64,000 nt of DNA from a virus, in the IMG/VR virus record IMGVR_UViG_3300009314_000008, positions 1-64,000 of that record; one strand, given 5' to 3'. This document shows, one piece after another, positions 27,616 to 37,682 of this stretch (positions within the stretch are counted from its first letter, which is position 1; each line of letters starts with the position of its first letter). Position numbers and translations under genes: made by a program. The notes under the pieces were generated by a model. That model saw nothing but the letters and a program-made list of their open reading frames with translations. It did no database searches and was not told where the DNA came from.

Positions 27616-29561
27616 GTAACCTCCGACATCATTCGAGACACTCCGGTAATTCTATTCAACTGTCTTTCGCCCTCATCCATTTTGATTTTAATGTCCGCTA
27701 CTTCTCTTACTAAGTCTGATCCTAATCCAACAATGTTCATCGCCGAGTCTATCGCTTGATTTACTGTCTTATCAAATGTTTCTTCTAACCTCTTGATAAT
27801 TTTACTGGCTGTTTTTTGTATAGACCTTAATAGATCCTTTGATATTTTTGGGTTGCCAAACGGGGGAATAATGCATTTTGCTATAATCATCCCTATTCCA
27901 CCACCAAATATTATAGCATTCCCCACACTTATTTTATTCAAAAAAATTTCAGCCTGCATAATCTTATTAAGCAGGGGCATTAAGCCCAGTTCCCGCAAAG
28001 AGCCAATAAGCCCATCGATATGAGGATCGGAATATCCCGTCAAATCCTTTATGCCCGTTTTTATCGATGTTAAATATGCTATTCTATCATCAATAAGTTG
28101 ATAGTAATAATCATAGGATGGTTGCCCCAACAGCATGTCCTTAACAATATGAAGCCCCAATCCAAGAATAAAATTGATAGTAAAGTTAGGTTCGTCACCA
28201 CCCCATTCAATATTATTCAGGATACTAACAGCCCTTGATAATTTTTCGGCATAATCTCTTTGTCCTTCTATTTTCTCCAAATCGTCAGCCACAATATTAT
28301 CAACATATCGCAATTTTCTGTAAATGTCATAATATTTTTTCCATGCTTGGATACGATCCCGCATATTCCGGATAGTACATTTATCCGGGATAAGGTTTTT
28401 TATGGCATTAGATTTATTCTTTATATTAGAAATAATATCTGCCCTCTCTTTTTCATGCTTTCCTATCGTTTCTTGATCAGTATAGTCGGGCATCAATTTG
28501 TTTAACTGCTGAAGAATTTCAACTCCAGACAATACTTGCGATTGGGCACCAAACACCGTTAAGTCTCTACAACTACCATTCAGTCCATCTACCCACTCAA
28601 GAATATTCGGGTCATTATCAAAGGTAAAGAATGGTGCTACTGCAGATTCACCCATATCCTTAAGCATTTTTTTTATATCTACCATTGATGATATAGATGG
28701 TGCTGTGACCGGTTCCTGATCATTAATCATTAATCGTACTTGTTCTGCAATCTTATCGGCATATATCACCATATCCCTTCCCGAATAATATCTCAATATC
28801 TCAAAATATGCTCTCAGGATACCAATAAACTCTCTTATAAGATAATTACCAGACGCATCTAACAGCGAGGAAAGATTATCGGACATAAATTTTTTTATAT
28901 CAATATCGGTTAATGCGGTTTTTATTGGCTTTTTTCTCTGTTTTTGGTATTCTTCGAGGTTTAATCCCTCTCCCAAAACTTCCTGTTCAAGTCTTTGTAC
29001 TATCACTTCTTTAATAATCTCTAAAACTTTGGAGCTTATCCCCGTAGATTCTAATGAGAGAATATCCTTGAGAGCTTGGGCTTTTTTTTTGGCTGATTTT
29101 AAATTCCCCAGGATTATACTGCTGTTTGAGGATAATATCATATTGTTGATAGCGGCTTTTATCTGTGGTCTGATATGATTACATATTTCTTCAAGTTTCT
29201 TATATGGTCCCTCCGACATTTTGGATTTATTTTCAATTAATCTCACGCGCGACTTAATCAAATTCAGTAGAGTTATCTCCCATGTGCATGATTCACGCAC
29301 TAAATTTGCTTGATATTGTGCAATATATAATGCCCACGACAATGGACTTATTGATCCGACAATATCATTAATTGCCTTTACAAATGCATCCCCAATATCG
29401 CCGAGATTCTCTATCGTATTCATTATCTCGCCAATGATTGGGCCTAGCCATAGCCCAAGAATCCCCAATCCAAGACTTACTATCCCAGATTTTTCTATCT
29501 GCTTTGATAGGTCTATAGCGTGTTTAAGATTAATAGCCTCTGATAGTGGGCAGTTCTGCAT
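27612..29561 (-). CDS. large helical protein of unknown function, probably virion-associated
   Basis: 649-aa ORF coupled to its neighbours; hydrophobic segments near both ends. Confidence 0.5.
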   Translation of the reverse strand: MQNCPLSEAINLKHAIDLSKQIEKSGIVSLGLGILGLWLGPIIGEIMNTIENLGDIGDAFVKAINDIVGSISPLSWALYIAQYQANLVRESCTWEITLLNLIKSRVRLIENKSKMSEGPYKKLEEICNHIRPQIKAAINNMILSSNSSIILGNLKSAKKKAQALKDILSLESTGISSKVLEIIKEVIVQRLEQEVLGEGLNLEEYQKQRKKPIKTALTDIDIKKFMSDNLSSLLDASGNYLIREFIGILRAYFEILRYYSGRDMVIYADKIAEQVRLMINDQEPVTAPSISSMVDIKKMLKDMGESAVAPFFTFDNDPNILEWVDGLNGSCRDLTVFGAQSQVLSGVEILQQLNKLMPDYTDQETIGKHEKERADIISNIKNKSNAIKNLIPDKCTIRNMRDRIQAWKKYYDIYRKLRYVDNIVADDLEKIEGQRDYAEKLSRAVSILNNIEWGGDEPNFTINFILGLGLHIVKDMLLGQPSYDYYYQLIDDRIAYLTSIKTGIKDLTGYSDPHIDGLIGSLRELGLMPLLNKIMQAEIFLNKISVGNAIIFGGGIGMIIAKCIIPPFGNPKISKDLLRSIQKTASKIIKRLEETFDKTVNQAIDSAMNIVGLGSDLVREVADIKIKMDEGERQLNRITGVSRMMSEVT

Positions 29562-29562
29562 T

Positions 29563-30204
29563 TTATTTCAATTTCCTCATTACTGTAATAATGTTATCTT
29601 TTTTCCGCCTTATTGTAGATTCTGACACCCCTACCCGTTGAGCAATCTGCTCATTAGTTGACAATCTTGGATATCCGTGTATCCCATAAGTTAGTGCCAA
29701 TATTTTCTTTTCGTCAGAATTCTCAAGTTTATTATAAACCATATCCAAGAAGTTTTTTTCATTGAATGTGGGATCAAAAGCCATTGTGATATTGTCTGCA
29801 AAAGAGATATCTGATGTTAATTTTCTGCCAGTTTCCTCTGATAATCTTTTTATGTCGCCAATACCCATCTTTAATCTGTCAGCCATTTCCTCGTAGGTTG
29901 GCTTTCGTCCGACCTTCTCCTCAAAGGTAGCCACCTCGGATGTGAATTTGCCAAATTTCTGCGATCTTTCTTCAGGAATATATATAGGACTCGCTTCATT
30001 CACAAACCTATTCATCGATTTCATATAATTGCTCACATGGTTAGCCAATGGACCTTTTTGGGGATCAAAAGTATTGAGAGCTTCTCCGACTAATATTTCC
30101 GCCTGCAATCTTAACAGGTTTTTAGGTATTGTGCTCCCAGAAAATCTATTGACAGTTGAATTAATTAAAGGTTGATATTTCTTTAGGACATCATTATATT
30201 CCAT
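29563..30204 (-). CDS. sigma70-family sigma factor (regions 2-4; likely start MEYND at 30204)
   Basis: KYQPLINSTV, EALNTFDPQKG (region 2), GRKPTYEEMADRL (region 3), EKKILALTYG..NEQIAQRVGVSESTIRR (region 4 HTH); AAGGAG RBS. Confidence 0.88.
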   Translation of the reverse strand: MEYNDVLKKYQPLINSTVNRFSGSTIPKNLLRLQAEILVGEALNTFDPQKGPLANHVSNYMKSMNRFVNEASPIYIPEERSQKFGKFTSEVATFEEKVGRKPTYEEMADRLKMGIGDIKRLSEETGRKLTSDISFADNITMAFDPTFNEKNFLDMVYNKLENSDEKKILALTYGIHGYPRLSTNEQIAQRVGVSESTIRRKKDNIITVMRKLK

Positions 30205-30205
30205 A

Positions 30206-32146
30206 TTATCTCCTTGGCAATATATCGTCTCCATATTCTTCTAGTAATTCCAGGATTTTATCTCGCCTCTCCGTTATAAATACCGTCCCATCTGGCACGA
30301 CAGTTGTTCCATGCTCTTCTAACGTTTTCACTTGATCTGTAACTTCTGATGCCATATCGGGTATAATTTTCTTATATTTCAATTCATATATACTCTTAGG
30401 GGTATTATCTCGTGTTATCAGTCCTCTTGAATACAAATATTCTCCAAATGTAATGATTTCTCGTTTACAATACCCATCTTTTTTAAATAAATCTTGATGA
30501 TTTGTTTTTATAGCATTAACGCTGTTTACTACCTCGGAGCCAGTTCTTTTTTCGCGTTTTCTCCTTTTTAGTAGTTTTAGATCATTCGAATGTTCTGTTA
30601 TGGGAATATAACCTATCATTCCCAAAATACCGGGAGAATATTCGCTTTCAACTACTTTGGCTGCAACCCCTTTAGAACCAGTAAGAATAGGATTGTAGCA
30701 ATAATCGTATATCTTATTAATATTTGTAAATACTTCCCTCTCCAGAAATGGATTGATCAAACCGATATCTGTCAGACTGGTTATTTTTCTGACATTAGTC
30801 ATCTCAATTTGTGTCCCGGTTTTTCCCGCAGACTGATCTATCATTATATTTACGCTGGATAATATTCCATAATAAACAGCATCCTGTGGTACATCATAGA
30901 CAATGCTCGGAAATCCCACTACTCCATAGGGGTGTAATTCTGGAAATGAACATTGCAGGATGTTCTGTGAATATCGTTTTTTCATAAATTCATAATCACA
31001 GAGGTTTTGCCAAACAATATTGCTTTGTTGTTCAGCAATTTCTTCAGGTTTTAGAATGTCTTCTCCAATTATTCTATTAAACAGATAACTCTTTATCTCA
31101 ATTGCTCCCCGTATCCCAAATTCATATTCTTCATCTGTCAGATTATACTTATTTTCCTTTAAATCCCCGGGCGATTCTCGACTGAAAAGATTATTATCGA
31201 ATATTTTATAGACATGGCGTAGTCGCGTTATGGGGGTGCTCCGGATATTGTCATTTAACAATTCTACATCATCACCGGCAATAAAGACATTACATTTGGG
31301 AGGAGCGACATTTAATATATCGGGCAGCAATACATATTTAGCCATCGATTTATCATTTGTTTGGATTTTTAGCCCAGACAGTATTTTCTCCACTCCCTTA
31401 TCATTATAGGCGGGACAACCAATGTTGATATAGCGGTATCCCACATGCATTAGTTTTCTCAAAATACCATCCAATGGTGTTTCATTGTTCAATATGACAT
31501 CCATATTGGTAGATTCCAGAAAGTTGGTCAACCCCTCCGCCCTATAAAATTCTTTAAACAAATCTTCATCAACATAAACATGATCGCGACTAATTTTCAG
31601 TCTCTTGTTGATATTTTTATAATAATATTCCCACGAATCCTTTAATAGGGATAAAACTTTATCAAAATAATCAACAACATTAAGTTTAACAGGATCTCCG
31701 AGATTAAATATCTGAAAAGCATTTTTTATAGCGTTGTTTATCACGGTTGTCCCCATATTTGCATCATCCATACCATAAAATTCATATGAACCAACTAATT
31801 GAAAAAAATTCTCGAACTCAAGAGCGGATAAATATTGAGATGGCAGATCGTTCAGATATTTATTCTGTCCAACGGCTAATATAGATCTCGTCCTAAGGTC
31901 TCTTTGCCTATTATAGGTAACACCCGTGGTTACACCGTCAAATAATAATCGGTAGACCTCTGAATCACAATCGTAATAGAATACCGTTATGATTGTACCG
32001 TCCTTGATCTCCGACAGTTTCCCCACTTGGGGCAAGGTAATTGTGGCTACACACAGATTATTCTCATGCATGGATATACTTATTTTCATCATTGGGACCT
32101 TTATTCCCTCCAAGTAGCAAACGGTATTCAGATCAACACCTCTCAT
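30206..32146 (-). CDS. baseplate hub protein (gp27/gpD-like)
   Basis: YLEGIKVP..RLLFDG, APPKCNVF, PYGVVGFP; synteny. Confidence 0.55.
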   Translation of the reverse strand: MRGVDLNTVCYLEGIKVPMMKISISMHENNLCVATITLPQVGKLSEIKDGTIITVFYYDCDSEVYRLLFDGVTTGVTYNRQRDLRTRSILAVGQNKYLNDLPSQYLSALEFENFFQLVGSYEFYGMDDANMGTTVINNAIKNAFQIFNLGDPVKLNVVDYFDKVLSLLKDSWEYYYKNINKRLKISRDHVYVDEDLFKEFYRAEGLTNFLESTNMDVILNNETPLDGILRKLMHVGYRYINIGCPAYNDKGVEKILSGLKIQTNDKSMAKYVLLPDILNVAPPKCNVFIAGDDVELLNDNIRSTPITRLRHVYKIFDNNLFSRESPGDLKENKYNLTDEEYEFGIRGAIEIKSYLFNRIIGEDILKPEEIAEQQSNIVWQNLCDYEFMKKRYSQNILQCSFPELHPYGVVGFPSIVYDVPQDAVYYGILSSVNIMIDQSAGKTGTQIEMTNVRKITSLTDIGLINPFLEREVFTNINKIYDYCYNPILTGSKGVAAKVVESEYSPGILGMIGYIPITEHSNDLKLLKRRKREKRTGSEVVNSVNAIKTNHQDLFKKDGYCKREIITFGEYLYSRGLITRDNTPKSIYELKYKKIIPDMASEVTDQVKTLEEHGTTVVPDGTVFITERRDKILELLEEYGDDILPRR

Positions 32147-33081
32147 TAATGCCCCCCCATGTCAGCATAATCACTTTTTACCAACATTCGTAGTTCTACT
32201 CTTGAGAATGTTTCCCCGGCCTTCACATTATCCGTTAAACTCATAATATAACCCGTGGCCACCCTGTTTTTATATACAATATGCACTTTCTGATCCCTAT
32301 ATAAATTCTTTACACTCCATTTTTCGCGATAATATTTATTAAATAGGTGCTTCCATGAATATTCAACACCTTCTACTATTACGCTCTCTTTTGTATCCGG
32401 TAATATTAAACCAAAAATATAGGTATCGGGATAACTCCCAAAACTAGTAATCCCCCCATATACACCTGTGAATTGATATTTTTCCAAGAAGTATTTATTG
32501 ATCGATTGTAGAGAGAACTCTCTCATTGGTTGTTCTTCTATGGGCTTATTACTCATAAATATAGATGCCTTATTATCCTCTCTTTGAACATTAGATATAT
32601 CAGCCTTATCAATATAATCTATTTCGCCAGCCAAGTTCTCCACCGGATTCCCCAAGGGAATCAGAGTAAACGAAAAATAAGATAAACCTGTATTGTTTGA
32701 CATGATAGACATATCAACCATATAACCATTTATCTGAATGCCTTTATATACGACTGATACATATGTATCCTTCCTTTGTGCAGACTTATCCTGAGACCCC
32801 AAACATACGCTGGCTCTCCAGAGGTTTTTATAATTCTCAATAAATTGCGTCTCCCATGTAGTATTTTTTGTGTCAATCACAATCCCACTAAATTTATATG
32901 GCTCTATGATCTTATTTTTAATGCCTATTTTATAATCATCATAATGATGATTGACCGCAATTTGTTCAGATCTTTTCTGGGTTACCGATGTTAATATAAA
33001 ATCAGATGAATTTGATCTACCCACCGATATTACTGCCCGCGGATAATTTCTTGTCTCTCCATCAGTGAATAATATTTCCAT
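32146..33081 (-). CDS. tail tube initiator or hub-like protein with two internally repeated domains
   Basis: The halves align (DFILTSV/EFSLQSI; VVYKGIQINGYM/IVYKNRVATGYI); follows the tape measure gene. Confidence 0.55.
   Translation of the reverse strand: MEILFTDGETRNYPRAVISVGRSNSSDFILTSVTQKRSEQIAVNHHYDDYKIGIKNKIIEPYKFSGIVIDTKNTTWETQFIENYKNLWRASVCLGSQDKSAQRKDTYVSVVYKGIQINGYMVDMSIMSNNTGLSYFSFTLIPLGNPVENLAGEIDYIDKADISNVQREDNKASIFMSNKPIEEQPMREFSLQSINKYFLEKYQFTGVYGGITSFGSYPDTYIFGLILPDTKESVIVEGVEYSWKHLFNKYYREKWSVKNLYRDQKVHIVYKNRVATGYIMSLTDNVKAGETFSRVELRMLVKSDYADMGGH
32776..32801. repeat. 26-bp exact repeat, copy B
   Basis: Identical to 10296-10321. Confidence 0.9.
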
Positions 33082-33084
33082 TAT

Positions 33085-35682
33085 TTATCCCTTCCATGCT
33101 CTGACTTCGGCTAATATTTCTCTGGTCGCCGTTTTATGTTGTTCGGCCGCTATCAATAAATTATTGAACAATGTTATAACATCCCCCCATTGCCCTTTGT
33201 AAATTCCAGAAACCTCTGTCATTCTATCTTTTTGATCAAGGTCTTTTTTGTCCAAAAATGCTTGAGCGCCTGTAATAGACCCATGGTGTGAGACCAACAA
33301 ACTATTAACATCATCAAATAGAGGATCTAGTGCCCCGGGAGAAACACTCTTATCAGTTAGTTTTATAAATTCTTTATGAACATCCGCTCTTATCTCATCC
33401 CATGGAAAGCTTTTTGTTTTTAGGTCAACAGCTATTTCGGTAAATAACCTTTGTCCTTCTGATGTTGACAACAGTTCTCTGGTTCGACTACTACCTCTCC
33501 TTGATAAATATTCTAAGTCTCCTGCCCATTTTCCATAGAGTCCACCAGGAGACTGTCCCATCAAACCTATGAAAGATGTATCAACATGGACGCCCTTTAT
33601 GTCAGCATACATGTGGACGGATCTCAAGAATGTCGCCATATCCTCATCGGTTATATCTTCTTGTTCCAAATACCCTAATTTTCCAAACAACATTGCTACA
33701 TCTACGTCTTCACCCTTGCGTCTTGCCTCCCCTATCGCACCCAATAAAGCTTCTGCATCCTTACTTTTTAGGATTCCTCCCATGTCATCATATTTCCCTG
33801 ATATCATCCCCTCTGAAAATCTTTCCAGAATTTTTGCTTGCCTGGTTACTTCTTTTTTTGTTCTCCATGGAGAAAACCAGTTTCCCTTATCTCGAACATA
33901 CCCCTGTTTATACAATTGCATAATAGTTTTTTTATTTGCTCGCCAGAAATCTTTATCGCCAAAACCAACCCTATCCATAACCTCATCAGCTAATCCTTCA
34001 TACTCTCCAGATTGAATCGCTGCAAACAGCATGCTCGCATAAGGCATATGACCCCCCACGCCTCCATATGTTAGATATTTTGGTGGCTTTTCTATCCCGT
34101 ATTTTTCCCTTAATTCAATATACATTTGTTCTGCTCTGCTTGGGTCACTTGCTAATATTGAGAACAATTCATTTTGGGGTCTTGTCACGTCCTCAATAAG
34201 ATTACTTATGGGGGTGAATATTACATCGTCTAACTCTTCCCATACAGTCTTTTCCCCTTTTCTATACTTTTTTAGTTCTAATGCAAGATTTTTATCGTAT
34301 TCTCCTTTATATAATTTCATTGAAGCATTGATCTGCCCCTGATTTAATCCCATATTCTCAAGAGTAAAGCGCATTGCATTAGTTCTTTCTTTACTATCAT
34401 CTGGATACATTTGGTCAACTATCATCCGCGCTTTGGTCAACGCCAGCGATGACATAATTTCCCCAGACCGGTTGGGTCCAATTTGTTCTAACAATCCGGG
34501 CATTCCTGTCTGTAGAGCAATATATTTATCCATAATATTGCCTCCCCGGAAATATTCTGCCGCTCTTTCAGATAGTCCTCCTACTCCTATCTGACCAGTT
34601 AAAAACTTATTTAAGACCTCCTCGTTTAAAGTTAATTCCCCGTCCTTATAGTCTGATAATGCAGCAAAATATATAGGATTTGACATAATTTCATTCAATC
34701 CCCAACTTTTTAATCCAGAAGTGTCCTTGTCTTGAACAATATTTAATGCCAATTCACCTCCGGTAGACATGGGTATACCGTAAGTGGAATATATTCTCCT
34801 CGCGGTGTCCTTGCTCCATGAGGTTAATTGTTGTGCAGATAATCCTGAGTATGCTGATGCTACATTAAGTCCCTTGATGTACCCTGCGGGATTGGATATT
34901 TGCATTGAACTAATATCGGACATTACCTGAGTTGCTTCTGTATAAGAAGTATGCATTGTCTGCATAATTTCTTTAACGCCCTCCAATAATTCTCTGTAAG
35001 ATCGCTTAAATGTTTCGACATCTCCTGTCTTTTTAAAATATCCTTGCTGGTCAGCCATTTTAAAGATATTATCGGCTTCATCTCGTTTAAACCCATACCC
35101 GCGGTGTGATGTGGTCATAAATCTGGACAATTCCGTTAATTGAGAGTCATCCCACCCAGTATAAGTAATCCGGTTTGAACTCTGTCCAGCTAGAATATTA
35201 TTCTTGCCGGATCTATCAAGAAAATTCCACCAATCATGCTTTCTGCCTATATATTTATCTATCAAAGGGCGCACCCCAAATGAATAAATTGCCCCGGGGA
35301 CAATTCCCATTGACCATGCGGCTATTTCGGCCCCCGTTGCTGCCAGATACTGACCTCTTTGTCCCCAATGCTTTGCTGCGTAGTATTCGGCTTCTCGCCG
35401 TGTCATATCCATATATTCTGGCTGAACTCCAGAGAGAGCCACAATATCTCGTGACCATAATGCTGGTCGATTAAACTGTTTGCTAAAGGTTTCCTGCATA
35501 AATGATCTTGGTGATTCGGAAGCTATATTCATCGCTTCTCTCATGGTGCCATGAATTTTAGTAGCTGATGTTGCCCCCATTCTCATGGCTTCTCCGCCGG
35601 AACGAATTAACAACTGTATATCTTTAGACAGTAATCCGAAGCCAGTTCTTAACTCTTTTACAACATCGTCCATATTTGCCAC
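33085..35682 (-). CDS. tape measure protein
   Basis: Long helical protein directly after the frameshifting chaperone pair. Confidence 0.7.
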   Translation of the reverse strand: MANMDDVVKELRTGFGLLSKDIQLLIRSGGEAMRMGATSATKIHGTMREAMNIASESPRSFMQETFSKQFNRPALWSRDIVALSGVQPEYMDMTRREAEYYAAKHWGQRGQYLAATGAEIAAWSMGIVPGAIYSFGVRPLIDKYIGRKHDWWNFLDRSGKNNILAGQSSNRITYTGWDDSQLTELSRFMTTSHRGYGFKRDEADNIFKMADQQGYFKKTGDVETFKRSYRELLEGVKEIMQTMHTSYTEATQVMSDISSMQISNPAGYIKGLNVASAYSGLSAQQLTSWSKDTARRIYSTYGIPMSTGGELALNIVQDKDTSGLKSWGLNEIMSNPIYFAALSDYKDGELTLNEEVLNKFLTGQIGVGGLSERAAEYFRGGNIMDKYIALQTGMPGLLEQIGPNRSGEIMSSLALTKARMIVDQMYPDDSKERTNAMRFTLENMGLNQGQINASMKLYKGEYDKNLALELKKYRKGEKTVWEELDDVIFTPISNLIEDVTRPQNELFSILASDPSRAEQMYIELREKYGIEKPPKYLTYGGVGGHMPYASMLFAAIQSGEYEGLADEVMDRVGFGDKDFWRANKKTIMQLYKQGYVRDKGNWFSPWRTKKEVTRQAKILERFSEGMISGKYDDMGGILKSKDAEALLGAIGEARRKGEDVDVAMLFGKLGYLEQEDITDEDMATFLRSVHMYADIKGVHVDTSFIGLMGQSPGGLYGKWAGDLEYLSRRGSSRTRELLSTSEGQRLFTEIAVDLKTKSFPWDEIRADVHKEFIKLTDKSVSPGALDPLFDDVNSLLVSHHGSITGAQAFLDKKDLDQKDRMTEVSGIYKGQWGDVITLFNNLLIAAEQHKTATREILAEVRAWKG

Positions 35683-35924
35683 TATTCATCTCCAAGAAAA
35701 TAATTCATTTTGTGCATTAAATTATTGATTTCATTTTTCTTTATTGTTTCCAATGGTGGGTAAATAAGCGAGGATAATAATTCTATAGCCTTTTGCCTAT
35801 CTTCCAGATATGGTAATCTGGCACGAACTATATCTGCTAAGGCCTCTTTCTCATAAAAGTGTTTTAGCAGATAAAACGCTGGACTATTTCGATTTATTTG
35901 CACTCCCGGAGAAATTGATAACAT
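35682..35924 (-). CDS. tail assembly chaperone, frameshift extension (T-like)
   Basis: The -1 frame is open from the slippery site: FISTPAGWARVK-MLSISPG. Confidence 0.7.
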   Translation of the reverse strand: MLSISPGVQINRNSPAFYLLKHFYEKEALADIVRARLPYLEDRQKAIELLSSLIYPPLETIKKNEINNLMHKMNYFLGDE

Positions 35925-35966
35925 TTTTACCCGCGCCCAGCCTGCGGGAGTGCTTATAAATTTTTT
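35900..35966 (-). other. programmed -1 ribosomal frameshift signal
   Basis: A AAA AAT and A AAT TTA heptamers before TAA; 9-bp stem GCACTCCCG/CGGGAGTGC immediately downstream. Confidence 0.8.
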
Positions 35967-36439
35967 AAGTTATCAGATGAAAATGCTTTTTTTAGTAATT
36001 CTTGAAACTCTCCTTTCTTCTCAAGAATTATATTGCGAATATTAAACTTCATTTTGGAAACGAATTCTATGCGTTCTTTTAATCCTTCTTCCTGTTCAAA
36101 TTTATTTCCCTGGCTCGCAACAAAATCTTTATCGTTATATTTGGCCAGATAAGCTGCCACTGAAATCTGGTTAGTTATTGATGGTATCGTTCCAATAACT
36201 GGCTCCCTGAATATCAGCCCTTCGCATCGCAGTGCCATCTTCGAAGTTATCTCCCTCAATGTAAAGAATATTTTGCCGTTGCATATCGTATGGTCTACTT
36301 CAATCGGCTTTCCACTTATCTCACAGTCAATAATTCTATTAATTTCTCCCTGTTCTTTCTCTTTTGCCGTGGTATTATCTATACTTTTTATTTTCTTCTG
36401 ATCTCGCTCTTTGTCTTTCTTTATTTTGTCAATATCCAT
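35954..36439 (-). CDS. tail assembly chaperone (G-like)
   Basis: Lies between tube and tape measure genes; ends in a slippery sequence. Confidence 0.75.
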   Translation of the reverse strand: MDIDKIKKDKERDQKKIKSIDNTTAKEKEQGEINRIIDCEISGKPIEVDHTICNGKIFFTLREITSKMALRCEGLIFREPVIGTIPSITNQISVAAYLAKYNDKDFVASQGNKFEQEEGLKERIEFVSKMKFNIRNIILEKKGEFQELLKKAFSSDNLKNL

Positions 36440-36456
36440 ATATTATTCTCCTGTTA

Positions 36457-37047
36457 TTATGGTGTCCCCACCGGCAATGGCTCGGTTTTTTCCCAGACAA
36501 ATGTAGCCGACTGCATAACCCCTCGCTGACCAGCCTTGAAGCCCATACTCGCTCTTTCGGGAATAGCATTTTTAAGTCGCAATAACTGCGCTATTGATCT
36601 TCCCGTTAAATAGTTATTGTCAGCATTATTTTCGAAGAAAATCAACATTAAATTAACTGGTCTATCAAATAGATCGCTGTCTAAATCAAGAAATATCTGC
36701 GTATTAGTTAGTTCTCCATCATATTCCAATACATCGTAAATTGATTTTAATAGGTCCTTGAATAATATTAATCGATTAACAGCCAATCTCTCGTCTCCAT
36801 CGGTTAACAAAGTATACAAAGCCTTTGAACCAATCTCCCCAACGGTTGTTACTCCACGACCTGCAGTCCACTGTTGAGTTGATATCATTCCAATGATATG
36901 ATAATCCGAAAGAAGTGGATCACCGTCGTTTTCCTGGGGATCAGCGACGGCCAACATAACTTCATCACCACTTAATAAATTTGGACTGATCAAGCCTTCT
37001 ATAATAGGATATGTAGGATTATCTATTACTTCCTGCACTGTTTTCAT
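36457..37047 (-). CDS. tail tube-like protein 2
   Basis: IGMISTQQW..GEIGS..GQRGVMQSATFVWEK; paralogous to 37058-37672. Confidence 0.65.
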   Translation of the reverse strand: MKTVQEVIDNPTYPIIEGLISPNLLSGDEVMLAVADPQENDGDPLLSDYHIIGMISTQQWTAGRGVTTVGEIGSKALYTLLTDGDERLAVNRLILFKDLLKSIYDVLEYDGELTNTQIFLDLDSDLFDRPVNLMLIFFENNADNNYLTGRSIAQLLRLKNAIPERASMGFKAGQRGVMQSATFVWEKTEPLPVGTP

Positions 37048-37057
37048 ATTGTTTCTC

Positions 37058-37672
37058 CTATGTTATTGGCAAATATCTTGTTTTTGCCCACTTGATCACA
37101 ACATTTTCGGCTAGGCCTCTTTGTCCTTCTGCCACAACATCGCTCATTTGCTGGATTAATACGTTTTCCAAATAGGCTAGCATCAACAATTCTCTTTTGC
37201 CGTTCATCATCTCAATAAGTAAACCTGTGGGTTTTTTGAATAATGGATGGTCAATGTTTTTCCAGATATTTCCATACGGATAATCTCCCGTCTCTACTGT
37301 CCATGGCTCGTCAGAATTTTCACCATGTTCAACATCTAACAAAAAGTTATACATCGCTTTCAAGAGATTGCTCTGTTTGGTTATTATCCGCGGTATGGCA
37401 ATAACCTTGTCGCCCCTACTTGTTGTGTTGTATCGAGCATGTGTGCCAAGCTCACTTGTTTTATTGACTCTTTTAAATGTGTTGACATCCAACCCTTGCA
37501 ATAACCCAATAGGTTTTAAGTCTATTACTCCATAACCATAGGTTGACATATTTGCAAGCAAAGCAGGACCGGGAGCGACGATAATACCATCGCCCCCGAT
37601 GAATTCTATGGAGTTCGCTTGCCCACCAATGGGTTCGTTGGGGTTTAAACTTTCATCTAATGTAGGTACCAT
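37058..37672 (-). CDS. tail tube protein
   Basis: PIGLLQG..SELGT..YLENVLI..GQRGLAENVVIKW; follows the sheath gene. Confidence 0.7.
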   Translation of the reverse strand: MVPTLDESLNPNEPIGGQANSIEFIGGDGIIVAPGPALLANMSTYGYGVIDLKPIGLLQGLDVNTFKRVNKTSELGTHARYNTTSRGDKVIAIPRIITKQSNLLKAMYNFLLDVEHGENSDEPWTVETGDYPYGNIWKNIDHPLFKKPTGLLIEMMNGKRELLMLAYLENVLIQQMSDVVAEGQRGLAENVVIKWAKTRYLPIT

Positions 37673-37682
37673 ATTTGCTCCC

